DNA of 62,170 nucleotides, the filler included, from Squatina squatina (lineage: Eukaryota), in the NCBI GenBank assembly GCA_031763465.1. It is 3 parts of 3 records of this genome, joined end to end, with 100 filler letters (N's around TTAATTAATTAA, not from the genome) between each part and the next. Parts side by side here need not be neighbours in the genome. Positions count along the whole stretch, not along the records: positions 15,685 to 44,759 come from JARFOE010000001.1; positions 44,860 to 62,170 come from JARFOE010000007.1; 1 more part is not named here. One strand, given 5' to 3'. Below, piece after piece: positions 41,657-53,225 of the stretch. A program made the translations under genes and the position numbers. Position 1 is the first letter of the stretch. The number at the start of each line of letters is the position of its first letter. Below the pieces are notes generated by a model, which did no database searches, was not told the origin of the DNA, and saw nothing but the letters and a program-made list of their open reading frames with translations.

Positions 41657-43028
41657 CTATGGTTTCATTTTCATTTTAAAGTTATTTCAACCACTCCCCT
41701 CTCCTTCGGTATTCTGAGGCCATGCACCATTTCTGGACAAAAGAATGGGTAAACAACCTGCCTCCACCTGCCCATGACGTCTGCATGAAAATGTTGAGCT
41801 AAACATAGAATTATTGAGATTAACAGCACAGAAAGGGGCCATTTGGCTCATTTTGCTTCAGCTGGTTCTTTGGTAGAGCAATCCAAAATGAATCTCACTG
41901 TCCAACTGTCTCCCCTTAGACATCTATCTTCCTCTGCTTCAAATATCCAATTTTTCTTAATAGATANNNNNNNNNNNNNNNNNNNNNNNNNNNNNNNNNN
42001 NNNNNNNNNNNNNNNNNNNNNNNNNNNNNNNNNNNNNNNNNNNNNNNNNNNNNNNNNNNNNNNNNNCCTACGCCTTTGAACCTGTACACCACCTCCTGGC
42101 AGATATGGGCAGGGAGATCCTCTTGTAAAGGTGCCCTGGAGTGCCAAGGTAGACAACAGTCCTCATGCAGCTGTACATCCACTCCACCAATTGCCCACAC
42201 TCTTGGTTTCATACCTCCACATTGGGGATTTCCCATCCTTTTGTTCTTGCTCATCATTTCTTTCCCAAAAAAACATTTTGCATAGGCTGAAACATTTTTG
42301 AGCCTTCAAAAATCTCCAACAATTTTTGCCCCCATGTCTGGTCACTTATCCTTAAGAATCTTCACTTACAATGTCACTCTACATAGCAACCAGCAAAATC
42401 TTTGCCCCATTGCTGTTTTATACCAGACAGGGGTTTTCATAAGTAGTTGTTGAAATTCTCCCTAACTTGACAAGTTAAATCTATGTGCAAAGCTTTAGCC
42501 AATGTCAAGACCTAGCAGTTTTATTGCATGATGCTAGGCAGGAGCATCAGACCTAGGATCTCCAGGACTTCCTGTTCTGGGCATTTACATGACCTGCGGG
42601 CACAAATAATGGGTCCTGGAGCAAGCAACATCACCCCTCCCACCTCACTAACATATAGCTGACTGGTCTGCGGTTGCTGCAGGCACAAGGCAAACTTTGT
42701 TCCCAGGAAAGTCCCAGAATTACCGGTGATCCACCCCTTTTACCTGGTCATTGGACCCAAGGAACTTGATCATCCCTGGGGGCAAAGGCCAGGAGCTTAT
42801 GTGCAGTGCACTGATCAAGGCCAGGAGATTTGAGGCTGTATCTCCAGCCTCTCTAAGGCAGAGATCTTTATTACAACAGATATTTGTGGGTGGAATTTGA
42901 GTGAGATTATACCTGTTGTAAAGTGCTTCTCAAAGTGCTGGAAGATAAGGATTTGTTCCTGTGAACTCAGATACATTGTACGTTAATTCCCCCTGTTCTG
43001 TTCAGTCTATTAGCAGCACATTTTGCTA

Positions 43029-43172
<144 letters not shown>

Positions 43173-43847
43173 TCATGGATTACAAGTCAATATCCATTCT
43201 GCAGAAAAGTTAAAACTGCATGCCCTCAGGGATGGCCTATGAATACTGGTTTAGCACAATCTCCCACATACCAAGAACAAATGAAAACAATATTAACAAG
43301 ATTTTTTTTGTTTAGTGGCAAGTATGGGAAGCAACTCCGAGAACAACAGAAGTTTTTAATACTAGAATTCTACTTGACATTTGTCCTCCTAATGAACCCC
43401 TAAGTTTCTCTGCATTTTAGAGGAGGAATCTTTCATCAACCAGTGTTTTTGCGGCCAGGTTCTTGCGTCCTACTGCACGACGAATGAACTGAATAATCTT
43501 GGAATCAGAAAGAAAAAAATTAATATTTTAGAGAAATGTTCAGAACTTTTAGATTTTTTTCTCCCCTCTTCTCTGCAAGATGGCAACTTAAGCTACAGTT
43601 CCACGAGTGCTGGTTGCCCTCTGGTACCTTGCTCGTGTAGTCAATTTTTACGTGTGAGCTTAAACTTTGAGGGGTCAATTATTCCTGTCTAATACTGTAT
43701 GTCCCAGCCCCTGTAGCATTATGGACAGAGAATAGGGCGGAGACCCATAATGCCAGATTGCTACCCCTTTTGCTCAAGGCATTCATATCATGGTGCAAAA
43801 GGGTAGGGCAGGGAAGTTCCCATTGGAAAAACAAATAGTTCACTGGT

Positions 43848-43999
43848 AATTTGTTTCCTTTAACTTGCGTGACCATGTGGCGTTCTGAGGATCCTGCGCA
43901 GTCTTAAATTGAAAAACCGCACATGCATGGAACTTTGAATGGTCCGCGCAGACCATTAAAGGGGCTGCACAGGCCAAAAAACAGATAGAGGGAACATTT
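43848..43999. mobile_element. Second, inverted copy of the 7349-7472 MITE family
   Basis: Reverse complement aatgttccctctatctgttttttggcctgtgcagcccctttaatggtctgcgcggaccattcaaa aligns by eye with 7350-7415. Confidence 0.6.
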
Positions 44000-44759
44000 T
44001 TCACCGGAGGTCAATTTGGATGTGTGCAAAATGCGCACCACCTAAATTATGCTGGGGTGATCGGGGACATCAAGATCAGCTCTCCGAATCTTAATATAGA
44101 CCATGGAGCTCATTACNNNNNNNNNNNNNNNNNNNNNNNNNNNNNNNNNNNNNNNNNNNNNNNNNNNNNNNNNNNNNNNNNNNNNNNNNNNNNNNNNNNN
44201 NNNNNNNNNNNNNNNNTTTTCCACAGCCTCTGTCACTTTGAGCTGCAACTGAATATGTGTATCTTGGATCAACATTTATGATTGGAAAAGTCTTTCAGTT
44301 TTCATGTTTGTTTTCTTGTAGACTATAAACCAGGAGTATCCATGGGGAGAATGTAATCCTAATATACAGCTGGAATATCATGACACTTATACAACTTATG
44401 GCTGCCTACAAGAGTGTAAATCAAAGCATATAAAAGAACACTGTGGCTGCACACCCTTTTTGCTGCCAGGTTAGTAAACATTTTCAAAGTGCATTTAAAG
44501 TGGGCCAGAGGACCATCAGACTTTACCTTTAAAGATTTAGATGTTGATTTTACACTGGTTCTGGTGAAATTAGAATGCCAAAGACATAGGGGAGGTTTTG
44601 AGGTCTCCTGAGCAGTGGAAATGGAATGGTACTGCCCCAAAAATGGTGAGGAATGACTTACTGCCCTGATCCTGGTATTATTGTGGCCATTGCAATCTGC
44701 CCCATCCTCCCCAACCTACTGCTGGTGGTAGACACTTTCAGTAAGCAAATCGGGGTCCT

Positions 44760-44859
44760 NNNNNNNNNNNNNNNNNNNNNNNNNNNNNNNNNNNNNNNNN
44801 NNNTTAATTAATTAANNNNNNNNNNNNNNNNNNNNNNNNNNNNNNNNNNNNNNNNNNNN
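44760..44859. other. Synthetic assembly linker N44-TTAATTAATTAA-N44
   Basis: Identical structure to 15585-15684. Confidence 0.9.
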
Positions 44860-45020
44860 CACTATTCACATACCTCTCCTTTCACTTGACTAAAATGATC
44901 TGATACATCATTCATTCATTCCACTGGCACATCCTCACAGTTTGTTGGTCTGATTTTTGTTTCTCTCTCCACTCCCCTTTTTTCTGATCAGATTAATATG
45001 CTGGTCTGTCTCTTATTTTT

Positions 45021-45140
45021 CAGTTCTGATGAAGGGTATGAGCCCAAAATGCCAACTGTCCATTCGTTCCACAGATGCTGAATGACCTGCTGCCTGTTTC
45101 CGGCTTCTTCCGCTTTTCTTTCAGATTTCCAACATTTGTC
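45021..45140 (+). mobile_element. Penelope-type terminal repeat fragment with a degenerate hammerhead motif
   Basis: cagtt-CTGATGA-agggt-atga-gccc-AAAA-tgcc-aactg followed by ccacagatgctg...tttcagatttccaacatt; same family as 60638-60733. Confidence 0.6.
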
Positions 45141-45592
45141 TTTGAAAATCAGTCTGGATAAAAACCAACTTGCAGGTATACCAAATCCTTTTATGGAGAC
45201 ATTCAAACAGGATTTCTTTGTTGCTTGCTCACTCTTGTTCCGTGACCTCTATCATTCAAATGTCAACTGTTCCAGTTGAGTGAATTTTATAGTCAATAAG
45301 TTAAAATAATTGAACATTTTGCTGGAACACAAGTCAAGTTGGGAGAGAGGAGATAATGAAAGTTTGTGAACTTTGCCAACAGTTAAATATGTCAGCTTGG
45401 ACCTTTATTTTGGAAATGAACACAGATTCTACTGGAACAGGCTATTCATGACAAGTAAGACTGAGTTGTTAAATTTGGAGAGGTATGGATACCCGTATTG
45501 ACTTTAAATTTCATCAAATCGGGAATTGCATAGGATGTACTTGGGGCAAGGCAGCACCTACTTCAAACCCTCAAGACTTAAACTTTCAACAT

Positions 45593-45616
45593 TCAGATGT
45601 CATCAAACTTGTGCTT
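45593..45616 (-). CDS. ASB7: Ankyrin repeat and SOCS box protein 7, 3' end of last coding exon
   Basis: AAG CAC AAG TTT GAT GAC ATC TGA = KHKFDDI*, the ASB7 C-terminus as I recall it; the rest of the exon is in the gap. Confidence 0.85.
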   Translation of the reverse strand, partial: KHKFDDI

Positions 45617-45716
45617 NNNNNNNNNNNNNNNNNNNNNNNNNNNNNNNNNNNNNNNNNNNNNNNNNNNNNNNNNNNNNNNNNNNNNNNNNNNNNNNNNNNN
45701 NNNNNNNNNNNNNNNN

Positions 45717-46240
45717 TCCCTCATAGTTCCTTGTGTTACAGTCTGCACCATAGTTATGTAACATCCGTGCACAAAGCACATCGTCCTTTAGTGCAGACAA
45801 GTGTAATGGGGTCTGTCCATCTTCCAACCGGCCAAGGTTTGTGTCTGCCCCTCTTTGAAGGAACATTCGACAGTACGAGTGGTTGCTTTTGATCACTGCA
45901 TATCGCAAAAGAAAACCATTCTGGATGTCGATGTTGGCATTGTGGTCCAAAAGAATTTTCACACAGCTTGAGCGCTCTCTGATAATGGCCAGCTGAAGCG
46001 GTGTGGTGCCTTTATCGCTGAGTGGATCGACCTCAGCTTTAAACTCCAGCAGCAGTTTGACAAACGAGTCTCTCCCATAATGGGCAGCCACATGGAGAGG
46101 GGTCCATCCGTCATTGCTCTTAGCATTAATAATATCAGGTCTGTGTTCCGATTCCAACATCAGCCGTGCAATCCGTGCTCGACCATGCATGGCTGCATAA
46201 TGCAAAGCAGTGAAACCTCCAATTAAGTCTTTAACGGTGG
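45717..46240 (-). CDS. ASB7: Ankyrin repeat and SOCS box protein 7, large ankyrin-repeat exon (both ends in gaps)
   Basis: TVKDLIGGFTALHYAAMHGRARIARLMLES...GWTPLHVAAHYGRDSF...GQTPLHLSALKDDVLCARMLHNYGADCNTRNYEG, nearly identical to remembered vertebrate ASB7. Confidence 0.95.
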
Positions 46241-46340
46241 NNNNNNNNNNNNNNNNNNNNNNNNNNNNNNNNNNNNNNNNNNNNNNNNNNNNNNNNNNNN
46301 NNNNNNNNNNNNNNNNNNNNNNNNNNNNNNNNNNNNNNNN

Positions 46341-46660
46341 TGAATGGAGCTGGAGGTTGAGAAATCGCTCGGTGCAGAGGCTGAGGGAGAAAAGCAGTGA
46401 AGATATCTTGGTGAGCAAATTGGCATGGTACTTCGGTGGGTGTTGGCAAACGAGGATTTTATCTGAGAGGCAAGCGGAGTGGAACAAGGTGAGATGCTTA
46501 AAAGGAGAAGGTGCCAGAGGATTAGGGGGGCAAACCAGGGTGCGATTTAATGATGAGAGCCACACCGCCACTGCGGCGGTCTGAGCGGGGCAAATGGTGG
46601 AAGGTATAGCCAGTCACAGAGGCTTCATTTAGGGGGAAGGTGTCATCACCTAAGCTCATG
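46341..46660 (-). mobile_element. L2-type LINE apurinic endonuclease fragment
   Basis: GYTFHHLPRSDRRSGGVALIIKS in one frame and KILVCQHPPKYHANLLTKISSLL in another; APE-like motifs with frameshifts. Confidence 0.65.
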
Positions 46661-47029
46661 GATGGCAAACTCCTCTCTTCCACTGTTAAAGATCCCCTGG
46701 CTCTAATAGCAGGTGCATTTTCACCCCAACTACAAGTTAACTGCTAGTTTAAAGTTACCTGGGTCAACTGCCCCATCCTATTCCCTTGCTGACCTTCCCA
46801 CCCAGTGCGCCTGCGGGGGACTAATCTTTCCTACCTCCTTCTCCCACTCGCCCCTTCCAGTGCTGACCCTGTGGACCCTGCCTTGTACACAAATGAATGG
46901 ACATTTTGGAGGGAGATGAGGAAAGGGGCGGTGATAGCTGATCCAGTGGCTTATCCCAAGGAAGCTGCCTATACATGAGCCATCTTGAACACAATTGTTA
47001 GAACAATGCAGATTATGGGGTAGTATAGT

Positions 47030-47330
47030 GTTTAGAATGATGAAAGGATGGGACAGAGTCGATAGAAACAGACTGTTTCCAGGAATTGAGATGCCATAGA
47101 TACAAAGTTAAATAGAATAGATTTAGAACAGAAGGCAGGAGAAACTTCTTGATAGAATTGTGAGGCTGTGGAATTCAGGGTTAGTGGTTTGAGATTAGAT
47201 TGGATGATTGATGAAGGGATATGGGTAAGATAAATGTGACTACTTGTTCATATGGAGGGTAAACACTGACACAGGCTGGTTAGGCCGAGTAACCTGTTTC
47301 TATATTGTAAAAATTAAGGCGGCTATGGGA
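47030..47330 (+). mobile_element. Degenerate CR1 3' fragment
   Basis: gggacagagtcgatagaaacagactgtttcca...gtgaggctgtggaattc...taggccgagtaacctgtttc. Confidence 0.55.
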
Positions 47331-47442
47331 TAACTGTTTCAGAGAGCCAGCATGGGCACTGTGGGTCGAATGGGTGCCTTTTGTGCTGCAAGATTCCTGA
47401 TTCTGTTGTGTTGAACTTAGCATTTGTTCTTTCCATTTCCAG

Positions 47443-47583
47443 ACACAGAGCGACTTCCTGGTCATCTGCAATGTGGCAAAGATTTTAGAACTGGTGGTCC
47501 CGTTGATGGAGCATCCAAGTGAGACCTTTCTGGCCACTATAGAGGAAGACCTCATGAAACTTATCCTTAAACATGGAATGACG
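47443..47583 (+). CDS. NIPBL: Nipped-B-like (cohesin loader) internal exon, HEAT-repeat region
   Basis: 141-nt phase-0 exon bounded by ttccatttccag| and |gtaaga; encodes TQSDFLVICNVAKILELVVPLMEHPSETFLATIEEDLMKLILKHGMT; absent from the ORF track; orthologue or paralogue unresolved. Confidence 0.88.
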
Positions 47584-47939
47584 GTAAGAATCTAGCGCAG
47601 TTTTAATGAGAGTGGAGACTGAAAAGTTATTTTCTGCAGCGTGGTGGACATGTGCTGCTGACACAAGTTATAGCTTTGTCCAGGGTATTAAAAGTTATGG
47701 AATAAGGTGGGTTGATGAAGTTGAGAATATAAATCAACCATGAGCTCATTCAATGGCGAAACAAGCACGATAGAGAGGGAATGGCCTCCTGTGCCTATGC
47801 CAATTAACTTTTTCAAAAAGGAACTGGTAAAATATCAGCCTGGAACCTGAGATTGTGGGGAGATCAGATGCTGCGCAGGGTGCATGAGCTTGGGGTGGGC
47901 AGTGACTTGATTGACTTGGGAATTTGCGGAAATTTATGC

Positions 47940-48205
47940 AGATCTAAAGCCCAAGGGGTTAAAGGGACAGTGGCTACATAGATATAAAATTGGCTGCGGG
48001 ACAGAAAGCAGATAGTAGTGGAAAATGGTTGTTTTTCCAGACTGGTGGGAGCTGTACAATCATGTTCCCAGGAGTTGATAACAGGACCACCGCTCATTTT
48101 GATATATGTTACTGACCTGGACTTGAGTATACAGGGCATAATTTCAAGATTTGCAGATGACATAAAACTCGCAAAACAGTGAGGAGGGCAATAACAGGAG
48201 GACAT
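47940..48205 (+). mobile_element. CR1 reverse transcriptase fragment
   Basis: KAQGVKGTVAT*I*NWLRDRKQIVVENG...IYVTDLDLSIQGIISRFADDIKL. Confidence 0.8.
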
Positions 48206-49037
48206 AGACAGTTAAGTCTGAAATTAGGGTCCGAAATCTGAACAAAGCAAACTACGTTGGTATGAGAGGCGAGTTGGCCAAGGTAGATTGGGAAACTAGA
48301 TTAAAAATCTGGGAGTAGAAAAACAATGCANNNNNNNNNNNNNNNNNNNNNNNNNNNNNNNNNNNNNNNNNNNNNNNNNNNNNNNNNNNNNNNNNNNNNN
48401 NNNNNNNNNNNNNNNNNNNNNNNNNNNNNNAAACTGGGACTTCTCTTCCCCCACCCCCCCACCAAATTATGTCTCTTCTATCTCTTGCTCCTCCCCCCCC
48501 AGCTGTGTCCTCTTCCCCCGCTCTCTTTCCCTCCACCCCCGTCTTCTCCTCTATCCACTCCCGCCCCTCCGCCCTCTTCCGCCGCCCATTTCCGCCCTCT
48601 TTCCTTTACCCCCATCCCCCAGTTTCACACAGTTGACCATTCCTGTGTGAGCCCAAACTTTGAGGCTATTTGACTGCAAAAGGCATAATACCCGAGTCAA
48701 ATTCTCCTTTCAGCTTATGTCCGCACGTGGATGGTCACTGAACAGTCAGAAGTGGAAATCAATTCTTGAGTTTTTCCTGTTCTGAGTATGTGGAAGCTGG
48801 TTTTATTAATGCATCACTGCTGCATCTCATCAGCTCACTCAGGAGCTGAAATCTGGGGCCCGTCTTATCTGTACTACAGCTGTATTTATCCATTCAGTCA
48901 TCAGAGGAGACAAACCAAGATTCCAATCAGCCCCGTCCACGTTGAGTTTTAATTCTGCTTTGATTTGAACTGGTTGGTTTGAATTGCAAAGTGCTTCATT
49001 GGCAGGGTATTTATAGCCACTTCATGTCTTTCTACAG

Positions 49038-49923
49038 ATGGTTAGATAGCTACCCTCAGGAACAGGCAGGCGCCTCTCGCGAAGCACATGAACATTGCTT
49101 CAATCCCCACTGTATCTTCTTGCTGCTTTTGCAGAGTTTAGCATTTGATCATTGTGTTCTGCTGGATTTCCTGATTTCCGCTGAAACCTGCTTCCTGGAA
49201 TATTTAGTGAGATACCTGCGGCTTCTTCGAGAGGACTGGCAGCCCTTCTGCTGCATTTGTGCTCAGTTTGATGCTGCTGCTGCTGCTGAATCATTTTGTT
49301 GGCCTGCAGTTAATGAAGTCGGTGACGATCTCGATCTCACTGCTGGGGATGAGCGAGACGGGACCAACAGTCGAACTGCTACAAAAGGAGCAATTGTAAG
49401 CCCCCCAGCGCCACCCCTCCTCACAAGTAAGGGAGAGCCGAGGAGCAGCGGAGACACTGCCAGCAGCAGCAGCTCTGAGCATCTGGTGAAGAGTGCTGGG
49501 CCCTGGCCACTTATGCTGTCCCAGAGCCTCGTGGATTACGAGAGCTCGGAGGACTCGGATAGTGATGGAGTGGAAGCCGCCTACATGAATATCCTCAGCC
49601 TGGAAGGCAATCAGGGTGATGGTGAGATAAGTAACACAGGAATAGCTGGTGGGGCAATGAAACAAGCCCCAGAAACAATCAGGAGCATAAACGTTGAAGG
49701 CCATCAGAGAGATGTAAATTCACACAGTTGTGAAAAAGACACAATAATGGCCCTGTCCTTGCAGGGAACATTTAAGAAATCAATGAGCTGTTTGACTGAA
49801 TTGAGGAAAATCATTGGCCGGTTGCAGGGAAGGCGTCTTTTTCCCTACAATGCAACGGCGCTGCTAAAACTGCTGTTAGATATTGAGGCACGCGGCAGAA
49901 AAGGTGATTCAATCTCTGCATAA
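49038..49923 (+). CDS. LINS1: Protein Lines homolog 1, last coding exon
   Basis: Acceptor tctttctacag|; FNPHCIFLLLLQSLAFDHCVLLDFLISAETCFLEYLVRYLRLLREDW (end of Lines_N), SLVDYESSEDSD, RLQGRRLFPYNATALLKLL (Lines_C); TAA at 49921; divergent from ASB7 as in other vertebrates. Confidence 0.92.
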
Positions 49924-50047
49924 CCACCAGTGAAGAACAGATCATCATGACAGTCCAAACACCGTGGGGTTTTTATGTCTAGTGAGTTTATTGATATTAA
50001 TTTTTCTCCAGTATTTGTACTGTATTGATTTAAGATTCAGACTTGTA

Positions 50048-50053
50048 AATAAA
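50048..50053 (+). promoter_or_regulatory. Candidate polyadenylation signal of LINS1
   Basis: AATAAA about 125 nt after the LINS1 stop codon. Confidence 0.45.
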
Positions 50054-50462
50054 AACTTAACACAAGAAATCCTGTTGAGTTAAATTCTTTGGTAAAATAT
50101 TATAGTTTGCAGTGAATAGAATGAAGAACAAGACATGAAATTGGGTAATTTGATCTATTCTACTACATCTCTTCAAAATTGAAAGATCTACAGTATTAGA
50201 NNNNNNNNNNNNNNNNNNNNNNNNNNNNNNNNNNNNNNNNNNNNNNNNNNNNNNNNNNNNNNNNNNNNNNNNNNNNNNNNNNNNNNNNNNNNNNNNNNNN
50301 CCACAACCCCCTCTCTCTCTCGCCCTGGATCTTAATATATGATGGCTGTGACACTTAAGAGAAAAAAGACCATTGTAAAATGTGGGCAATACTGGATCTG
50401 TTTTTGCAGTGCACCTCCTTTCTCCATTATCTTTGCAGCTGAAAATGTCCTTTCTTTGGCAG

Positions 50463-50546
50463 GTGTACAACATGTTTCAGCATCACAGTCTGGGAATCAA
50501 GATCAATATTCGAGTGACCAAACTAGTTTTGCTTCACAGTCGTCCG
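50463..50546 (+). CDS. ADAMTS17: ADAMTS17 exon (metalloprotease domain)
   Basis: 84-nt exon bounded by ttctttggcag| and |gtaagt; encodes [28 protein letters not shown]; this frame is absent from the ORF track. Confidence 0.9.
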
Positions 50547-51074
50547 GTAAGTATGATATGAACAGGAGGAGGCCATTCAGCCCCTTGAGCCTGTTCCACC
50601 ATTCACTTAGATCATGGCTGGTCTGTATTTTAAGCCTATCTGGCCACCTTTAATACCCATGGTTAATAAAAAAAATCCTTTTGGATTTCACCCATCTCAC
50701 CCTCTGCCATTAATCATAACAGCACCCCATGGTCACGTGACGGGCCAGGATTCAGAGTGCGCTGAGATCAGATTGGGTTTATTTTGTCAAATCATTTCAT
50801 TAAAAGGCTGAGCTTTTCTAATCTATAAAAATGTTAATTCATTTTAAATTCCTTTTGAATAACAAGAGCATTTTCATATCTCATCAGTCCAAATTTCCTA
50901 CATCAAACTACAGTGGTTGCTAAGCAACCAGTTAATTACTCATTGTAGAATCTTGCAGCACATTTCTGTTTAAAAGCCAGAAGTTACTTTCTTTGGCAGG
51001 GAAGACTTTTTTGGTTTAAGTAGTTTTTGATTTTCCACATTTGCATAATACGTTTTGAAATCTTTTTTTCTTAG

Positions 51075-51229
51075 GAGCAGCTGTTGATTGGGCATCATGG
51101 AGAGAGGTCGCTGGAGAGCTTTTGTCATTGGCAGTACAAGGAGTTCGGAGCGAAATATCTGGGGAATAACCAGGTACCCGGTGGGAAAGATGACTTCCCA
51201 GCTGTGGACACTGCTGTATTTGTCACAAG
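51075..51229 (+). CDS. ADAMTS17: ADAMTS17 next exon (metalloprotease domain)
   Basis: 155-nt exon bounded by tttttcttag| and |gtactt; encodes [51 protein letters not shown](R); splices in frame to the previous exon over a gap-free 528-nt GT-AG intron. Confidence 0.92.
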
Positions 51230-53064
51230 GTACTTCTTCAGCTCCTGTCTTGCACAGATCCGTTGTGTTCTTTCAGCTGATGAATCCAGTGCTTCAGGTT
51301 TGAATAGTAACCCTCATCACCGCCTTAAGCATGTGGCTTTCTAAACCACTTTGAATATCTCACCCATTCGACTCTAAACAGATTCTTGCACTCTGACCAT
51401 GGCCCTGTGTCCATTATTGTGCTCATGCAACTGGACAGAAAGCCAATGGGTTGATGGGGAACTGAAAACGTCAAATAATGACAACTTGCATTTATGTAGC
51501 AGCTTTAACATAGTACAAATGTCCCAAGGCCTTTCACAGGACCGTTACCAAACAAAATTTGACAGAGATACGCAGGAAGACAAGTGACCAATAGCATTGT
51601 CGAAGAGGTAGCTTTGAAGGAGGAGCGCGAGGCGGAGAGGTGTAGGGAGGATAATTTAATAACTTGTATTTCACATCGAGCACACACCTAGCACCCAGTG
51701 CCATGCCCTCTCATTCTCATCACTTNNNNNNNNNNNNNNNNNNNNNNNNNNNNNNNNNNNNNNNNNNNNNNNNNNNNNNNNNNNNNNNNNNNNNNNNNNN
51801 NNNNNNNNNNNNNNNNNNNNNNNNNGGCCGGGAGGAGAGGTTGCCTGGGGGCACACTGAGCACCGATGGGGGCGGCGAGTGTTAAGGTGCGGGTGCTTGT
51901 TCCACGTCTGGACCAATCTCTGCCTCGTTGGCCAGGAGCTGCCACAGAAACTCTGTTTTGTACAGCATGCTGAGAGTTACATCCCCGCAAAGAATGTTTC
52001 CGTCCGTGTGAAAATGGTAAAGAAAAAATCTGAACCCACGTCTCATGCAGTCTTGGTAAAGAGCCAAAACTGTGACAAAGCTTCTAAAACAGTTTAAATA
52101 AAGCACCTGTGAGATTATTAATGTAATATATAAATCTGCGTTCCTACATGGTGTAACATTGAGAGCTTTGGGAAGATAAATACTTTGTAAATGTGAAGTC
52201 ATGAATATCTGTACCTTTAAACAAAACTATTTGAAAAGCTTCACAGGAAATTCAGCACTGACAGAGGATATGGTTTTAAATTCCCTGCACGCTCCCATGG
52301 ATACTGAGCCAGTTCAGGGTCTGCTCTAACTCATACCCTAAGATGATTGTTCTAAGGTGCTTCTACAATAAATAGTGCATGTGCAGATAAAACAGCTTTA
52401 GGCTGATTTGAATAGCTCCAAATCCCATGTGTTCACTGAACTTGAGCCTGAGCCAAGCCTAGGGCAGCGGGGTGTTTTGTGTATTTAAGTTTTCTCTGAA
52501 TAAAGGTGATTTGTAACAGTGCTGATGCCTGTGCGTCACCGGGCTCTCTTGGGTCCATCTCCAGTTGGAGGGCAGACTGCCATGTACTGATGGTTTGGCA
52601 GCTACATTGACTGGAACTCAACATGCTGCCTGCCAACGCAGTCCCAGCACTGACTGCCAACGCTTTCTCCAGTGTCTCGACTGCAGACCTGTCTTCCGGT
52701 CCAGTACAATGATACATAACTGCAGCAAAATCGCAGCCCTCTGTGCTGCACGCCTTCTTTATTTTTCACATTTATTTACTTCTGCTAATAAGTTGCTATT
52801 ATTCCTGCTGCGTGCTGTTCACTGTATGAAATCACTACTCTGGAGGCTGCACTCACCACACTTGAATGTGAAGCAGCAGGTGTGGATCGAAATCACACTC
52901 CCATAGTTTCAATAACGCATTTTCATTCTTTTCACCTATCGTTTGATTGTATTACTTTGCACCGATGTTCAGTAACAGGAACCAATTTAAATTGTTGGAA
53001 TTACAGGACCTCACTACAAATTGATATGCAAGGATTAAATATACAAGAGATATCGATTTCTAAT

Positions 53065-53225
53065 CAGAGATAGATAGATTTCTAATCATTAAGGGAATCA
53101 AGGGTTATGGGGAGAAGGCGGGACGGTGGACTTGAGAAATGTCGAATCAGCCATGATCCAATTGAATGGAGGAGCGGGCTCAATGGGCCGAATTGCCTCC
53201 TCCTGCTCCTACTTCTTATGGTCTT
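53065..53225 (+). mobile_element. CR1 3' UTR fragment
   Basis: gagatagatagatttc...atcagccatgatccaattgaatggaggagcgggctcaatgggccgaattgcctcctcctgctcct. Confidence 0.75.

Noticed and set aside
45603-46571. 322-aa ORF suggesting an endonuclease-ankyrin fusion protein
   Set aside because: It reads through two 100-N gaps; the N-terminal part is a separate contig with an L2 endonuclease remnant, and only 45717-46240 is ASB7
47280-47555. 91-aa minus-strand ORF
   Set aside because: Antisense shadow of the NIPBL exon
49100-49704. Several minus-strand ORFs including a poly-Q start
   Set aside because: Antisense to the LINS1 exon; the poly-Q is the complement of a poly-Ala GCT run
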